Below are positions 27,909 through 37,330 of a stretch of 64,000 nt of DNA, piece after piece. The stretch is from the IMG/VR virus record IMGVR_UViG_3300031519_004880, positions 26,017-90,016 of that record; one strand, given 5' to 3'. The notes beneath the pieces were generated by a model that saw only the letters and a program-made list of their open reading frames with translations, was not told where the DNA came from and did not search any database. A program made the translations under genes and the position numbers. The DNA is from a virus (Duplodnaviria; Caudoviricetes). The stretch's first letter is position 1. Every line of letters begins with the position of its first letter.

Positions 27909-28640
27909 CTATTTTGTTTGTGCTGGTAGAATATAATCGTATTGACCCATTCCACTATCAACACTCAATGCCATAGCACCTTGATCGCTGATCTTCATAG
28001 TTACTTTACCATCAAGATTTAAAATAGCTTGTACTTGTGCTACAGGCCAACTCCACGCATGTTTTAGTTCACTACCAACATCATGTTGGAATACAAATGA
28101 ACCAGCATGTTGCGAAGCATCACCAAATGCAAATACTAAGTTACCGTCTTGTGTCTTAACTGTAAACGTAGTTTCCTCTGAATGTGCCGCACTCTGCAAC
28201 TTCATTCTAGTAATACTTGCCATACTTGGATCAATAGTTACGTCCCAAGATGCACCTTTAAACTTTACAGTTTTAAGTTTCTCGTCGATAATTGCTTTGT
28301 TCATAAAGCGATAATCGTTTTCAAAGTCACCACTTGCATTTTCAAAGTGGATGTGTGTAGGAATAGTTTCACCATTACGTTCTGCTAGTTCAACACTAAT
28401 CTTTGCTTCTTTCTGATATTCAGGATTCTTTAAGTGTAATGCTAACTTATCTAAGTTAGGCATACCAAAGGTTCCTTTAAATTCATTTACTGATGCTTTG
28501 GTTGTAGCAGTAAGAATAACACTTCTGTCTTCAGCCATTGATTCGATTGTAGTTGCCGCATCTTCGCCAGTGACTTTAACAAGGGTTAAGAACCCTAACG
28601 AATGTGTATGTGCAACAACGTCTTGTAAGATATCTTTCAT
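27909..28640 (-). CDS. Probable sliding clamp (gp45-like)
   Basis: 243 aa with a two-domain alpha/beta clamp-like pattern, in the replication cluster. Confidence 0.6.
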   Translation of the reverse strand: MKDILQDVVAHTHSLGFLTLVKVTGEDAATTIESMAEDRSVILTATTKASVNEFKGTFGMPNLDKLALHLKNPEYQKEAKISVELAERNGETIPTHIHFENASGDFENDYRFMNKAIIDEKLKTVKFKGASWDVTIDPSMASITRMKLQSAAHSEETTFTVKTQDGNLVFAFGDASQHAGSFVFQHDVGSELKHAWSWPVAQVQAILNLDGKVTMKISDQGAMALSVDSGMGQYDYILPAQTK

Positions 28641-28662
28641 TTTAACATTTCTCCATTGATTG

Positions 28663-29433
28663 TTATATACTATTATATTTAGGTTCTTCTGAAAAGTCAA
28701 GCTCTTTCTTGTCTTTTAAGAATTTCATTAGCTCAATTACAGGGCTCCAACCTAAATCTCTTAATACTGATATGTCAGCAACATTATCAGTCCGTTCATG
28801 TGGGGTATCCATTTTAACTTTGGGTGATACTCCAAATTCTTTAGTAATACTTTTGAGTGAGTTTGATTGACCAGTTCCGATGTCAATAATACCCTTTACA
28901 TCTTCGTTTTTAATTAATGTAAGTATTGCACTTACAATATCGTCTACATGAATAAAGTCTCTTTTATGATTTGTTACGTGTGGGATGTCGTTTCGTATTA
29001 ATCGAGGTATAAACATGTTCGGCCTAAGTTTGCTGTTGTTACTATATATAGTCGTAAAACGCATGCCTAGACTTAATTGTGGTGCAATCCTTTCCATTGT
29101 ATGTTTGGTTAATGCATAAGGATTTCTGTGAGGTTCTTTTGCAGTACTTGAACTAGCATATAAAATTCTAGTATTCTTAAAATGAGTAAACAATCTTTTA
29201 GATGCTAACACATTATTTTGAAAATACAAATCTGGTTCCTCAATACTCTTTAGTATTCCGCTTTGACCTGCAAGATGAATTACTAAATCAACATCATAAT
29301 CTAATGAACAGTCTAGCAAGTTATTACCATCTTTTAAGTCAATACCAATAACTCTGTGTTCACCTGATTTAGTTAATGCAGGATATAGTGATGTACCGAC
29401 TAACCCTTTATGTCCTGTTAGTAATATCTTCAT
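28663..29433 (-). CDS. NAD-dependent epimerase/dehydratase (extended SDR)
   Basis: TGHKGLVG, HLAG, YASSS, YALTK and RDFIHVDD. Confidence 0.88.
   Translation of the reverse strand: MKILLTGHKGLVGTSLYPALTKSGEHRVIGIDLKDGNNLLDCSLDYDVDLVIHLAGQSGILKSIEEPDLYFQNNVLASKRLFTHFKNTRILYASSSTAKEPHRNPYALTKHTMERIAPQLSLGMRFTTIYSNNSKLRPNMFIPRLIRNDIPHVTNHKRDFIHVDDIVSAILTLIKNEDVKGIIDIGTGQSNSLKSITKEFGVSPKVKMDTPHERTDNVADISVLRDLGWSPVIELMKFLKDKKELDFSEEPKYNSI
28672..28700 (-). promoter_or_regulatory. Sigma70-type promoter TTGACT-17-TATAAT, upstream of clamp and dpdA
   Basis: Lies inside the 3' end of the epimerase gene. Confidence 0.75.
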
Positions 29434-29975
29434 CGCGATTTTACTCCAAAATGTTTATAGGTTGATTGTACACACTTAGCTTGATAGTAACAGTCAGCTA
29501 ATGCGTTGTGTAGTTCTTCTTGTATTGCTTTACGTGGATCACTTGGCATCATAGCAAACAATGTTCTACTGTCTCTAATCTGCCAAAAGTTCCATGGACA
29601 CGGTTTACCAACGCCTTTGTATAAGTTTTGTAAGATAGCATAATCAAACAATGGTCCTTGACACCAAAGTTGATCTACTCCTACACAAAATTTATTAATG
29701 GCCTTTGTAAGTTGCTCCATGTTTACACGATCTTCGTGTTCACCAAATGCTTCATCTCGTATTTCCGGCTTTTGTTTACCCCACCATTCAAGTGTATTCT
29801 CATCAATAGTACGATGATACTTTTCACTTTGTTCTTCGATGTCGCAACGTAGATACAATCCTGAGTGTGGATCTTCATCTGTATACGGATCGAATTTAAT
29901 AGCACCAAGTGTTATAATAACACTATCTGGCTCAACGCCAAGTGTTTCTAAATCTATCATTCCGTGTACAGCCAT
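29430..29975 (-). CDS. DEDDh 3'-5' exonuclease (DexA/Rv2179c-like)
   Basis: MIDLETLG, FDY and HNALADC. Confidence 0.85.
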   Translation of the reverse strand: MAVHGMIDLETLGVEPDSVIITLGAIKFDPYTDEDPHSGLYLRCDIEEQSEKYHRTIDENTLEWWGKQKPEIRDEAFGEHEDRVNMEQLTKAINKFCVGVDQLWCQGPLFDYAILQNLYKGVGKPCPWNFWQIRDSRTLFAMMPSDPRKAIQEELHNALADCYYQAKCVQSTYKHFGVKSR

Positions 29976-29977
29976 TA

Positions 29978-32650
29978 CTATTCTCCTCCAAAGTCAAACA
30001 ACGTATTAAATGTATTGTTTTGCAATGTACTTGCAAGATCGTAATTCAACACACCAATTAAGTTATCTAGTTTGTTATCAATAATAGTAGACTCCATTGT
30101 GTCACCATCGAACGGCAAGTCTTTAAACCATTGTGGTATATGCATTTCATCTACAGGGTATGCAACACTTGTGTATCCTAATGGATTACCTTTTAGTTTA
30201 CAAACAATAACCTTCATACCATCAACAATCTCTTGTGAGTACTTGTCACCATTCATACGTTTAAGTGTATTCCAATTGATACTTGCTCGAACGTGTCCGG
30301 GCATTGTTGCTTTGCCTTGCTTTGCTTCTTTACGTTGATACTCGCCGATCTTGTTTGCACGTTTGGGCGAACCTTTTTCGTATCCAGGTCTAAGTTTAAA
30401 TGCAGTTCTAAACTCTGTAATTGCATCAAGTATATCTTGCTGAACATTATCAGTAAGCACCATAAGTAATAGCTTACTTAAAAACTCTTGCATAAACACA
30501 GGTGTATCACTACGTTTAAGATCAAGACCCATTGCTTTTACTTTACCTTGTTTACCGTCTTTGTCCATACGTTCTCCTTCGAGATCGTAGATAAGTGCCG
30601 CATAACGTTTCTTAGTAATAAACAATCCGCTCTCTGCAACAATCTCTCTAGCCGCCGCAATAACGTCCGACCTGCTCTTTGGACAATGAAATGCTTCTTG
30701 CATAAACTTTGGAAAGGTAGTATTAGCCGCTTCACAAACTTGATCATAAAGTTTAATTACATTATCTTTATCCCACGGAATCTTACCTGCGTCAATATCT
30801 TTTTGTAAGATAGGCCAAGCACTAAAGTAACAAGAGTCAGTATCACCGTAAATCATTGCATCACCTGTGTGATCATATGTGCCTGTAATAGTCTTGTTAA
30901 CTTCTGCACTCATATGCTTAACAATAGCTCTGCCACTTAGTGTTGTACTTTGTCCAATACGTTTGTCAAAGAATCTACAACCTGGATTAAGAATAGCACC
31001 ATACAAACTGTTCAAGTTAATCTTTTTAACTAGCTGTCGTTTATCCCAGAATTCAATTTCAACTTTGTTACCAGCATCAAGAGCTTTGCCTTTCATTTTT
31101 TGTAATTCTTTACGTTCACTATACCAACGTTTAAGTAGTCCAGGAATAACTCCGTCAAACTCGTTAGTTATAATAGTACCGTTAGCAGTTAGCATCCAAG
31201 GCTTGTGTGAATCAAATATTAACTTGTGCATCTCAGCACCACTCATTATAACTGTTTCACCAGTTTCAAAGTCAACATTAAGACTAATGTCTTTACGCTT
31301 TTCCATAACTGCTTCATACTCTATTGTAGCAAAGCGGCCTTCCCATGCACCAGCAAATGATTTCTTTTGAAGTGTCATTGCATCTTCTACCATTGCATTA
31401 GTTAAATCAGGACGTAGTTGTCCTATAACTGTTGCTGGATCCATGTTCAATGCACGAATAACTGATGGATACAATGAGTTCAAATCCATTGAACCAATCC
31501 ACTTGTGCAATCCTTTCTTAGGAAATGCTACATAAGCACCTGCCGCAGGTTCACTGCCTGGCTCACGTTTAATTCTATTAGGAACTTGTAATCCTCTATG
31601 ATGTGCTTCGTTAATAATTGCTTGTTCTGTAACTGCAACGGCACCCATTGTAGTTTGTAGTAACACCGTGTTACTATGTGCAAGTTCGTTACTAAGATCA
31701 ATAAACTTTAGTTTCTTATCTAGCTTGTCTAGTAGTGCAGTATCTTGTCTGTTGTACTCAATAAATGTTCGAAAGTCATTGTTGTAAAGTTGATCAAGTG
31801 TACCTTCGTAAACAGTCTTGTTCTCACCAATCTCTAGTTCACCAATAGCGTCAAGTCTATATGTGTGTCGTTCTTCATAGGTATATTTACGATACAATTC
31901 TAAACTATCTAAATGCACTCTGCCTATTAGGTCATAAGTAACAGCTTGTTTTCCATACTTTTCGTATTCACGTTTCTTAGGAAGTTGTTTCCACAAACAA
32001 AAACGTCTTGTGTCATCTTTGCTTAGTACACGAGCAACACGATTCACAGTATAAGGAATATCATATCCTTCACTATTCCAACCTGTTAGTATATCGCTAT
32101 CTTGTATAATGTCAAGAAATGCTTCTAGCATATCAGACTCTTTTTCATACAAGTAAGTATTAGGAAATTCTTCGCACTCTTTTTCTGCGTCTGCCATGCT
32201 TAACCCCTTAGGAGGTATTGCAAATGTAACTAGAGTATCTAACCATTGTAGGTGTACACTAATAGCAGTAATAGGCATAAACGGATCACTAGGATCAGCA
32301 AATCCACGTTCAGGATCAAAGTCAGTCTCAATATCAAAGAACGCAACGTTTAGTTTAGGTGACTCTACATTTAAATAGTTTTCACTTAGGCATTGAAAGA
32401 TTGGGTTGATATCACTTTCGAATAATTCTTTGTTTGCATTGATTGCAAGTTCCTTACGGAACTGTTTTGTATTTTTACAAATAATTCTACTTAGGGGATC
32501 GCTGTAGATACTGTTGTACTTGCCCTTAGGATCTTTATAATAAAAGGTGTACTTAATTGGATATTCTGTGTAAGATCGTTTGCCGTCTTTACGTTCCACA
32601 ACTCTGATAACGTCTTGATCGCGATCGAATTGTGCGTCTACATAACTCAT
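29978..32650 (-). CDS. polB: Family B DNA polymerase (gp43-like), no intein
   Basis: FDIETD, DLNSLYPS, KINLNSLYG, YGDTDS and KKRY. Confidence 0.95.
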   Translation of the reverse strand: MSYVDAQFDRDQDVIRVVERKDGKRSYTEYPIKYTFYYKDPKGKYNSIYSDPLSRIICKNTKQFRKELAINANKELFESDINPIFQCLSENYLNVESPKLNVAFFDIETDFDPERGFADPSDPFMPITAISVHLQWLDTLVTFAIPPKGLSMADAEKECEEFPNTYLYEKESDMLEAFLDIIQDSDILTGWNSEGYDIPYTVNRVARVLSKDDTRRFCLWKQLPKKREYEKYGKQAVTYDLIGRVHLDSLELYRKYTYEERHTYRLDAIGELEIGENKTVYEGTLDQLYNNDFRTFIEYNRQDTALLDKLDKKLKFIDLSNELAHSNTVLLQTTMGAVAVTEQAIINEAHHRGLQVPNRIKREPGSEPAAGAYVAFPKKGLHKWIGSMDLNSLYPSVIRALNMDPATVIGQLRPDLTNAMVEDAMTLQKKSFAGAWEGRFATIEYEAVMEKRKDISLNVDFETGETVIMSGAEMHKLIFDSHKPWMLTANGTIITNEFDGVIPGLLKRWYSERKELQKMKGKALDAGNKVEIEFWDKRQLVKKINLNSLYGAILNPGCRFFDKRIGQSTTLSGRAIVKHMSAEVNKTITGTYDHTGDAMIYGDTDSCYFSAWPILQKDIDAGKIPWDKDNVIKLYDQVCEAANTTFPKFMQEAFHCPKSRSDVIAAAREIVAESGLFITKKRYAALIYDLEGERMDKDGKQGKVKAMGLDLKRSDTPVFMQEFLSKLLLMVLTDNVQQDILDAITEFRTAFKLRPGYEKGSPKRANKIGEYQRKEAKQGKATMPGHVRASINWNTLKRMNGDKYSQEIVDGMKVIVCKLKGNPLGYTSVAYPVDEMHIPQWFKDLPFDGDTMESTIIDNKLDNLIGVLNYDLASTLQNNTFNTLFDFGGE

Positions 32651-32657
32651 ATATATT

Positions 32658-32684
32658 CTCCTTGCATGTCATTTGGGGCTGACA
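32658..32684 (-). promoter_or_regulatory. Putative translational operator: 5-bp stem with 8-nt loop, 3 nt upstream of the polB RBS
   Basis: TGTCA-GCCCCAAA-TGACA-TGC-AAGGAG-AATATAT-ATG. Confidence 0.55.
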
Positions 32685-32701
32685 AATACCAATAGTGTCG
32701 C

Positions 32702-33016
32702 TTATGGCCGACGATTACCTTCTTCTTTAAAATATTCTTTTGCCTCTCGTGCCTTATCGTCAATCCAAATGTCATAATGCGGCTTTCTAAAACTTAATGT
32801 TGTGTACAATACACCCCATTCTGCAAATTGGTCTTTAGTAAGCTCGCTCCAATCTTTGCCTGTTGTACCGCCTCTAGCAGTCCAATAATGTATCTCATTG
32901 CCTTCATTATACAACCTATTAAAATGTTGTATACGTTGTACGTCAGGTTCACTTAATACATACTCACTGTTACTATTATAACAGATTGTTCCGTCTATGT
33001 CAACCATATATTTCAT
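32702..33016 (-). CDS. Small HAD-superfamily phosphatase
   Basis: VDIDGT, WTARG, KP and IDDK. Start 33016 has an ATGA overlap. Confidence 0.75.
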   Translation of the reverse strand: MKYMVDIDGTICYNSNSEYVLSEPDVQRIQHFNRLYNEGNEIHYWTARGGTTGKDWSELTKDQFAEWGVLYTTLSFRKPHYDIWIDDKAREAKEYFKEEGNRRP

Positions 33017-33291
33017 AATATAAACAACTGTACTAATGCCCATGCGTTCATTGCGGTGAACCAACTGCATAGGATAATTACAAATGCCGCTTGCCTAATA
33101 ACTGCACTAACAATACCCAAAATACTTCCAATTAAGTATAATGGTACAAATATTGTTGTTGCAGGATCTAATATAGTAAAGCTCAAAATTGCACTCGCTG
33201 AGATTAAGAACAACGCCTCAACCATTTCGCAATAGAATGCAACCGGACTTAGTTTATAGCTATTTTTAAAGAATTTGATTACGTTATTCAA
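33013..33291 (-). CDS. Membrane protein (about 3 TM)
   Basis: Hydrophobic throughout. Confidence 0.6.
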   Translation of the reverse strand: MNNVIKFFKNSYKLSPVAFYCEMVEALFLISASAILSFTILDPATTIFVPLYLIGSILGIVSAVIRQAAFVIILCSWFTAMNAWALVQLFIL

Positions 33292-33293
33292 AC

Positions 33294-33554
33294 CTATTTG
33301 TCCTTGCCGACTGTTGCGACAAGAGTCTCTAAATCATCAAATTCATCAGCAACTTTATGCCAATCACCTTTGAATGCTACTTTAATTGCTTTGTTAATAA
33401 GACTTGGCTTCATGTCAAGTTCTTCTGCTACTGCTTTAACAGTATCTTTAAGACCTGCACTTAAATCGTCAATCTCTTGCATAACGTTAGCACCTTCATT
33501 AACCAAACGCTCTAGTTTAGCTTTCTCTTCAACACCGTATGTTCTATCACTCAC
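33294..33554 (-). CDS. T4 DsbA/GapR-like dsDNA-binding protein
   Basis: 86-aa helical protein containing EIDDL...LKDTVKAVAEELDMKP..INKAIK. Confidence 0.55.
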   Translation of the reverse strand: MSDRTYGVEEKAKLERLVNEGANVMQEIDDLSAGLKDTVKAVAEELDMKPSLINKAIKVAFKGDWHKVADEFDDLETLVATVGKDK

Positions 33555-33580
33555 TTGTATTCTCCTTAATTGTTATATAC

Positions 33581-33609
33581 ATTATACACGAACTAAATCT
33601 GTTTGTCAA
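33581..33609 (-). promoter_or_regulatory. Perfect sigma70 consensus TTGACA-17-TATAAT
   Basis: Upstream of the DsbA-like, membrane, HAD and polB run. Confidence 0.85.
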
Positions 33610-33613
33610 CAAC

Positions 33614-34150
33614 TTATTCGGCCTGTGGTCGCTCAATAGTTAAATTGCCCGCTACGACTATTCTTTCTCGATCGTTCTTTTGTTCTGGTACGCTATGTGT
33701 TACCCACCCTGGAAATACAACCATAAGTCCTGAATTTAGATATATTGCATTTCCGCTTGTTGGAAACACTAACGGACTATCTTCAGGTGTCGCATCTACA
33801 TAATATGTAAAACTCCAAATTGCAGGGTGATGTGCATGGGCATTACAACTATCGCCCTTTTTATATAATGCACCCCAGCAATCAGTAACAACATACTTTC
33901 CTAAATTTGGTAAGTCGAGACCAGCTTCGACAACGTCAATTGCAAAATTAATTATCTTTTCAAAATCGGGATCTTTAAACATTGTCCATTTAGTCATGTC
34001 AGCTTGAACGTTTGTTTTTCTATATTGAAGGTCACCCTGGGCTCGAATCTTCTCTGCGAGTATTGGGTTAATTGTTTCAGCTTCGGGATACACCATTGTA
34101 AATACATCGGCTGTTTCGCTGAAGGTTAAGTTTTGCACGTTTGGTATCAT
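33614..34150 (-). CDS. 2OG-Fe(II) oxygenase (TIGR02466-like)
   Basis: HAHHP..WSFTYYV, FPGWVTHSV and RIVVAGN. Confidence 0.8.
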   Translation of the reverse strand: MIPNVQNLTFSETADVFTMVYPEAETINPILAEKIRAQGDLQYRKTNVQADMTKWTMFKDPDFEKIINFAIDVVEAGLDLPNLGKYVVTDCWGALYKKGDSCNAHAHHPAIWSFTYYVDATPEDSPLVFPTSGNAIYLNSGLMVVFPGWVTHSVPEQKNDRERIVVAGNLTIERPQAE

Positions 34151-34155
34151 GCAAA

Positions 34156-34163
34156 TATTTATA
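34156..34163 (-). promoter_or_regulatory. T4 late promoter consensus TATAAATA
   Basis: Followed by 5 nt and then ATG. Confidence 0.6.
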
Positions 34164-34193
34164 TAGGGGGGGTTTAAATAGTCTTAGAGCTGG

Positions 34194-34457
34194 TTAAGCA
34201 GTCCAAGGACGACCTGTTACAAGTCCGCCTGAGTTAGCATTATTGTCTAATGTATTGTCTGTTTTATATCTTGTGGGTAGTTGTGTAGCATCAAGTGTAT
34301 TTCTTGCTCTGTAAGAAACAGCATCTGTATCTGTTGATCCACTAATAGTACCATTTGCGGCAACTGTTTTGCCTTCACGCTTTGCAAGTGCCTTAGCAAG
34401 TTTAGTATCTTGTCTTAGCTTTTTGTTTGCTAGTGTTGATATTCCGTTAGCGGCCAT
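34194..34457 (-). CDS. Hypothetical virion-associated protein
   Basis: Last gene of the late block, TAATG coupling. Confidence 0.55.
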   Translation of the reverse strand: MAANGISTLANKKLRQDTKLAKALAKREGKTVAANGTISGSTDTDAVSYRARNTLDATQLPTRYKTDNTLDNNANSGGLVTGRPWTA

Positions 34458-35326
34458 TACTTTTGCTCAGGTTCAGCTTGTTGCTGTCCAGCTTCAGCTT
34501 GTTTCATAAGTGCTTTGAACTTACCAAACAGTTGAGGATTTGACATCATGCTCTGTATAGCAGTTGCATATGGTGCAATAGCTTTAATAATATTTGGAGG
34601 TAATGTTTCGCCTGAGGATATTTTATCTAATCCTTTTGCAACTTGAGCACCACTTGCCTTACCACCAATAACACCTTTAAGTGCAGTTGCTTTCTGTGCA
34701 ACCTGTTGTGCTAGTTTTGGATCAGGTGCTACGTCTGGTGCACCGGGTGCTTCAGGAACGCATTTGTTTACACGCTTACCTTTGTTCTTTCCAGTACCTT
34801 TTTGTGTACCGGCTTTTTTATAACCATCCCAGCACTTGTCTGGTCCTGCTACTTCTTTTACAAATTTGTTTTTAGCTTTTTTAAATTGTTTAAATCCTGT
34901 TTCAGGATCTAATTTAACTGCGCCGTCGGACCAATCTGTTCCGGTCCATGTCCAAGTTGCTGTGCCATCGTTATAAGCACTACCTGGTTTTAGGTCGCTT
35001 ACTTTCTTTGGTTCTTTAGCTTTTGGTGCTGTATCTTTAGCTTTATCTTTAGGCTTATCGTCTTTTGTAGAAGTGTCACCTTTGTTAATCCAATCATCAG
35101 TTTCTTTATCGTCAATACCGCCTTTTGGATCTATAGGCTTTTTATTACCATGTGCGCCACCATACTTAGTTGACGCTTTAGTTGCAACAGCATCTAAGCC
35201 TCTAGCAATTCTAGTGTTCTGTACATAGTTGTCAATCTTGCCAAGTGATGCTTTAGTGTTTAACCAACCACCGGGTGGAGCTTCGTTGATGTTATCGAAC
35301 TCATTTGATAAATCAGTTAACTTCAT
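34457..35326 (-). CDS. Putative internal head protein, modular and Lys-rich
   Basis: MKLTDL...INE/A leader and KCWDGY...KC module. Confidence 0.5.
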   Translation of the reverse strand: MKLTDLSNEFDNINEAPPGGWLNTKASLGKIDNYVQNTRIARGLDAVATKASTKYGGAHGNKKPIDPKGGIDDKETDDWINKGDTSTKDDKPKDKAKDTAPKAKEPKKVSDLKPGSAYNDGTATWTWTGTDWSDGAVKLDPETGFKQFKKAKNKFVKEVAGPDKCWDGYKKAGTQKGTGKNKGKRVNKCVPEAPGAPDVAPDPKLAQQVAQKATALKGVIGGKASGAQVAKGLDKISSGETLPPNIIKAIAPYATAIQSMMSNPQLFGKFKALMKQAEAGQQQAEPEQK

Positions 35327-35517
35327 TACTTGTCAAGCCAAATCTTTGAAAGTTTATCACCCATTGCTCTAATCTTTTCTGCTTCAGATGCATTGCCATT
35401 CTGAGTAACATTTGTTTGTACTGCTGTTACTACAGGTGGTGGACCTTTTACAACTGGTGCTGTATTTTGTGCATTAACTCTATTAAAGACTGCGTCTGTG
35501 TCGACTGGTTTAAACAT
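35326..35517 (-). CDS. Hypothetical protein
   Basis: Coupled to both neighbours. Confidence 0.5.
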   Translation of the reverse strand: MFKPVDTDAVFNRVNAQNTAPVVKGPPPVVTAVQTNVTQNGNASEAEKIRAMGDKLSKIWLDK

Positions 35518-35518
35518 A

Positions 35519-36088
35519 TTATTCTCCTAATGATGCTGATAATTTATTCATCAATGATGTTTTATAATCTGTTGATTCATTTTTCATTGCGGCAAATTTA
35601 TCTGCTTGTTTTTTTCTAGCGGCTTTATCTTCAGCATCCATCTTTGCGACATTCTTATTTCTAAGAGCATCTAACTCTTTACCTTTAAGTTGATCTTTTG
35701 TAGGTGCTAAATCTTCTGCAACCGCATTACAGTTACAATGTTTACAAGTTGGAGCACATTTACAATCTTCTGCTTTAACGTCTGCACCACAACACTTGTC
35801 TGAACAATGTGTGTCTTTTGATTCTGCAACTTCGTCAAACTTAACTTGATAGTCCATGTGATGATAAACACTACCTAAGTAGTCTGCTGATTTAGTAATT
35901 TTTGATTGTACCCAACCCTCTAAGCCTTCTTGCTCAGATACGTTTTTTAGCATTTCGTGTAGTTTGATACTGTACTTTGCAATCTTGTATAGTTCAGCAC
36001 GAGCCATTTGTACTTCATGGTCAGATTCAGCTCTGTAAGCCATATCTGCTAAACCTTCTTTTAATTGTTTCTTATTCATATTCATCAC
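35519..36088 (-). CDS. Putative internal head protein with Cys/His-rich module
   Basis: LKE/G and VAE/S sites, and HCSDKCC...CKCAPTCKHCNC. Confidence 0.5.
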   Translation of the reverse strand: MMNMNKKQLKEGLADMAYRAESDHEVQMARAELYKIAKYSIKLHEMLKNVSEQEGLEGWVQSKITKSADYLGSVYHHMDYQVKFDEVAESKDTHCSDKCCGADVKAEDCKCAPTCKHCNCNAVAEDLAPTKDQLKGKELDALRNKNVAKMDAEDKAARKKQADKFAAMKNESTDYKTSLMNKLSASLGE

Positions 36089-36102
36089 CTTTTGCTTACT
36101 AC

Positions 36103-36110
36103 TATTTATC
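36103..36110 (-). promoter_or_regulatory. Late motif GATAAATA
   Basis: About 15 nt upstream of 36088. Confidence 0.55.
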
Positions 36111-36336
36111 GTTTAGCTATCTTGGCCCCAAAGAAACTGTCTGATGCATCTAGTGCATTAACTACAGTTCCGTCTTTGTTCTTTTTAGCTTTCTTCTTAG
36201 GAACACCATTCTTGTCACGTGGAATTTGACCCTGTGCATGTACTGGATTAGCTACAGTTGCAATAGCACCTGCACTTGTACCGCCTGCTGTGGCAGTTTC
36301 ACCGAGATCCTTTTGAAATAGTTCACGTATTAACAT
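36106..36336 (-). CDS. Putative small internal head protein
   Basis: MLIRELF...LGE/T leader. Confidence 0.5.
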   Translation of the reverse strand: MLIRELFQKDLGETATAGGTSAGAIATVANPVHAQGQIPRDKNGVPKKKAKKNKDGTVVNALDASDSFFGAKIAKR

Positions 36337-36341
36337 ACTGT

Positions 36342-36349
36342 TATTTATC
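36342..36349 (-). promoter_or_regulatory. Late motif GATAAATA
   Basis: Followed by 5 nt and then ATG 36336. Confidence 0.55.
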
Positions 36350-37103
36350 CTTCTTTAGCGGGCTTAGTAAAATAATCTTTCAATAGTCCAGCAGTACGTT
36401 CAAACTTGTGATCTTTATGTTTGAAACCTACGCCACCTTTTGATTCCCAATTTCTAATATTAGACCCAAAGTCGTCAATTAGTATGTTAGGTGTACCGTC
36501 TGCTTGTTTTGCCCACTTATACTTGTCAGCGGAAACAATAACTTCTTTAGGCGGAAAAAACGCTAAGTTCTTTTTAACCCATTCACGCTTGTGTGGTTCT
36601 GCTCTAGGATCGTTTGCTAATGGCGCACTTAGTATTGTATACTCGCCTTTAAGATCCTTAATAATGTTTAGTAAGTTTTGTGCATTTGCTGTTAACGGTA
36701 AGTTTAACCAAAAGTCATCTTTATCTCTAATCTTTTGTAATGCATCTTCAATATCTGTAATTTGTCGCCAATCTTTTCCTACAAGTTTCTTCCACGCTGG
36801 AAAGAAGTCTGCAAGTACACCGTCCATGTCTACATAGATTTCACTAACAGCTGATAGTTCTTTAGTTTGTAATTCTTTTATCTGCGACTCGGTCATCCCT
36901 AAATTATATAAAGTATTTGCTTTTGTATTCTTACTTGCTTTCTTATGCATAGTATACTTGGGTTTACCGGCTTTGTCAACCGAAAAACCAAGTTTCTTTG
37001 CTTCAATACTAGTTTGGTTAGGACCTACATCGGGAGTAGTGTTAACACCAGGTACAATAAGACCGACGCCTTCTGATAGCTTAGATATCTCATGCCACCT
37101 CAT
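36345..37103 (-). CDS. 5'(3')-deoxyribonucleotidase (HAD) with an N-terminal extension of about 85 aa
   Basis: YVDMDGVLADF, LSAP, K..W and LIDD. Confidence 0.8.
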   Translation of the reverse strand: MRWHEISKLSEGVGLIVPGVNTTPDVGPNQTSIEAKKLGFSVDKAGKPKYTMHKKASKNTKANTLYNLGMTESQIKELQTKELSAVSEIYVDMDGVLADFFPAWKKLVGKDWRQITDIEDALQKIRDKDDFWLNLPLTANAQNLLNIIKDLKGEYTILSAPLANDPRAEPHKREWVKKNLAFFPPKEVIVSADKYKWAKQADGTPNILIDDFGSNIRNWESKGGVGFKHKDHKFERTAGLLKDYFTKPAKEG

Positions 37104-37330
37104 TTCTTTTTACGTCCTCTAAAGCCTTGTGGCATATTTTGGTTAGTCATGTAAGGTCTATTAAACCAAAGTTTAAACCAATCTTGATCACCAGGTTTTA
37201 AACCTAATTTTTTTTCTTTTTGTTTTAGAGCGGTTGCAGTGATACTAGGGTTTTCGTCAATCTTATATTCGGAGTAACCTTTATATTCGTTTACACCTGC
37301 AAGTTGAATTATACGTTCTAGTTCATCCAT
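37100..37330 (-). CDS. Putative small head protein
   Basis: LAGVNE/Y motif and late-block context. Confidence 0.5.
   Translation of the reverse strand: MDELERIIQLAGVNEYKGYSEYKIDENPSITATALKQKEKKLGLKPGDQDWFKLWFNRPYMTNQNMPQGFRGRKKK

Noticed and set aside
29978-32650. Intein or intron in polB
   Set aside because: The 890-aa ORF is continuous, with normal motif spacing and no splice motifs.
34166-34172. G7 homopolymer as a phase-variation switch
   Set aside because: It is a single non-coding run upstream of a late promoter type that has no -35 spacing requirement, so there is no evident mechanism.
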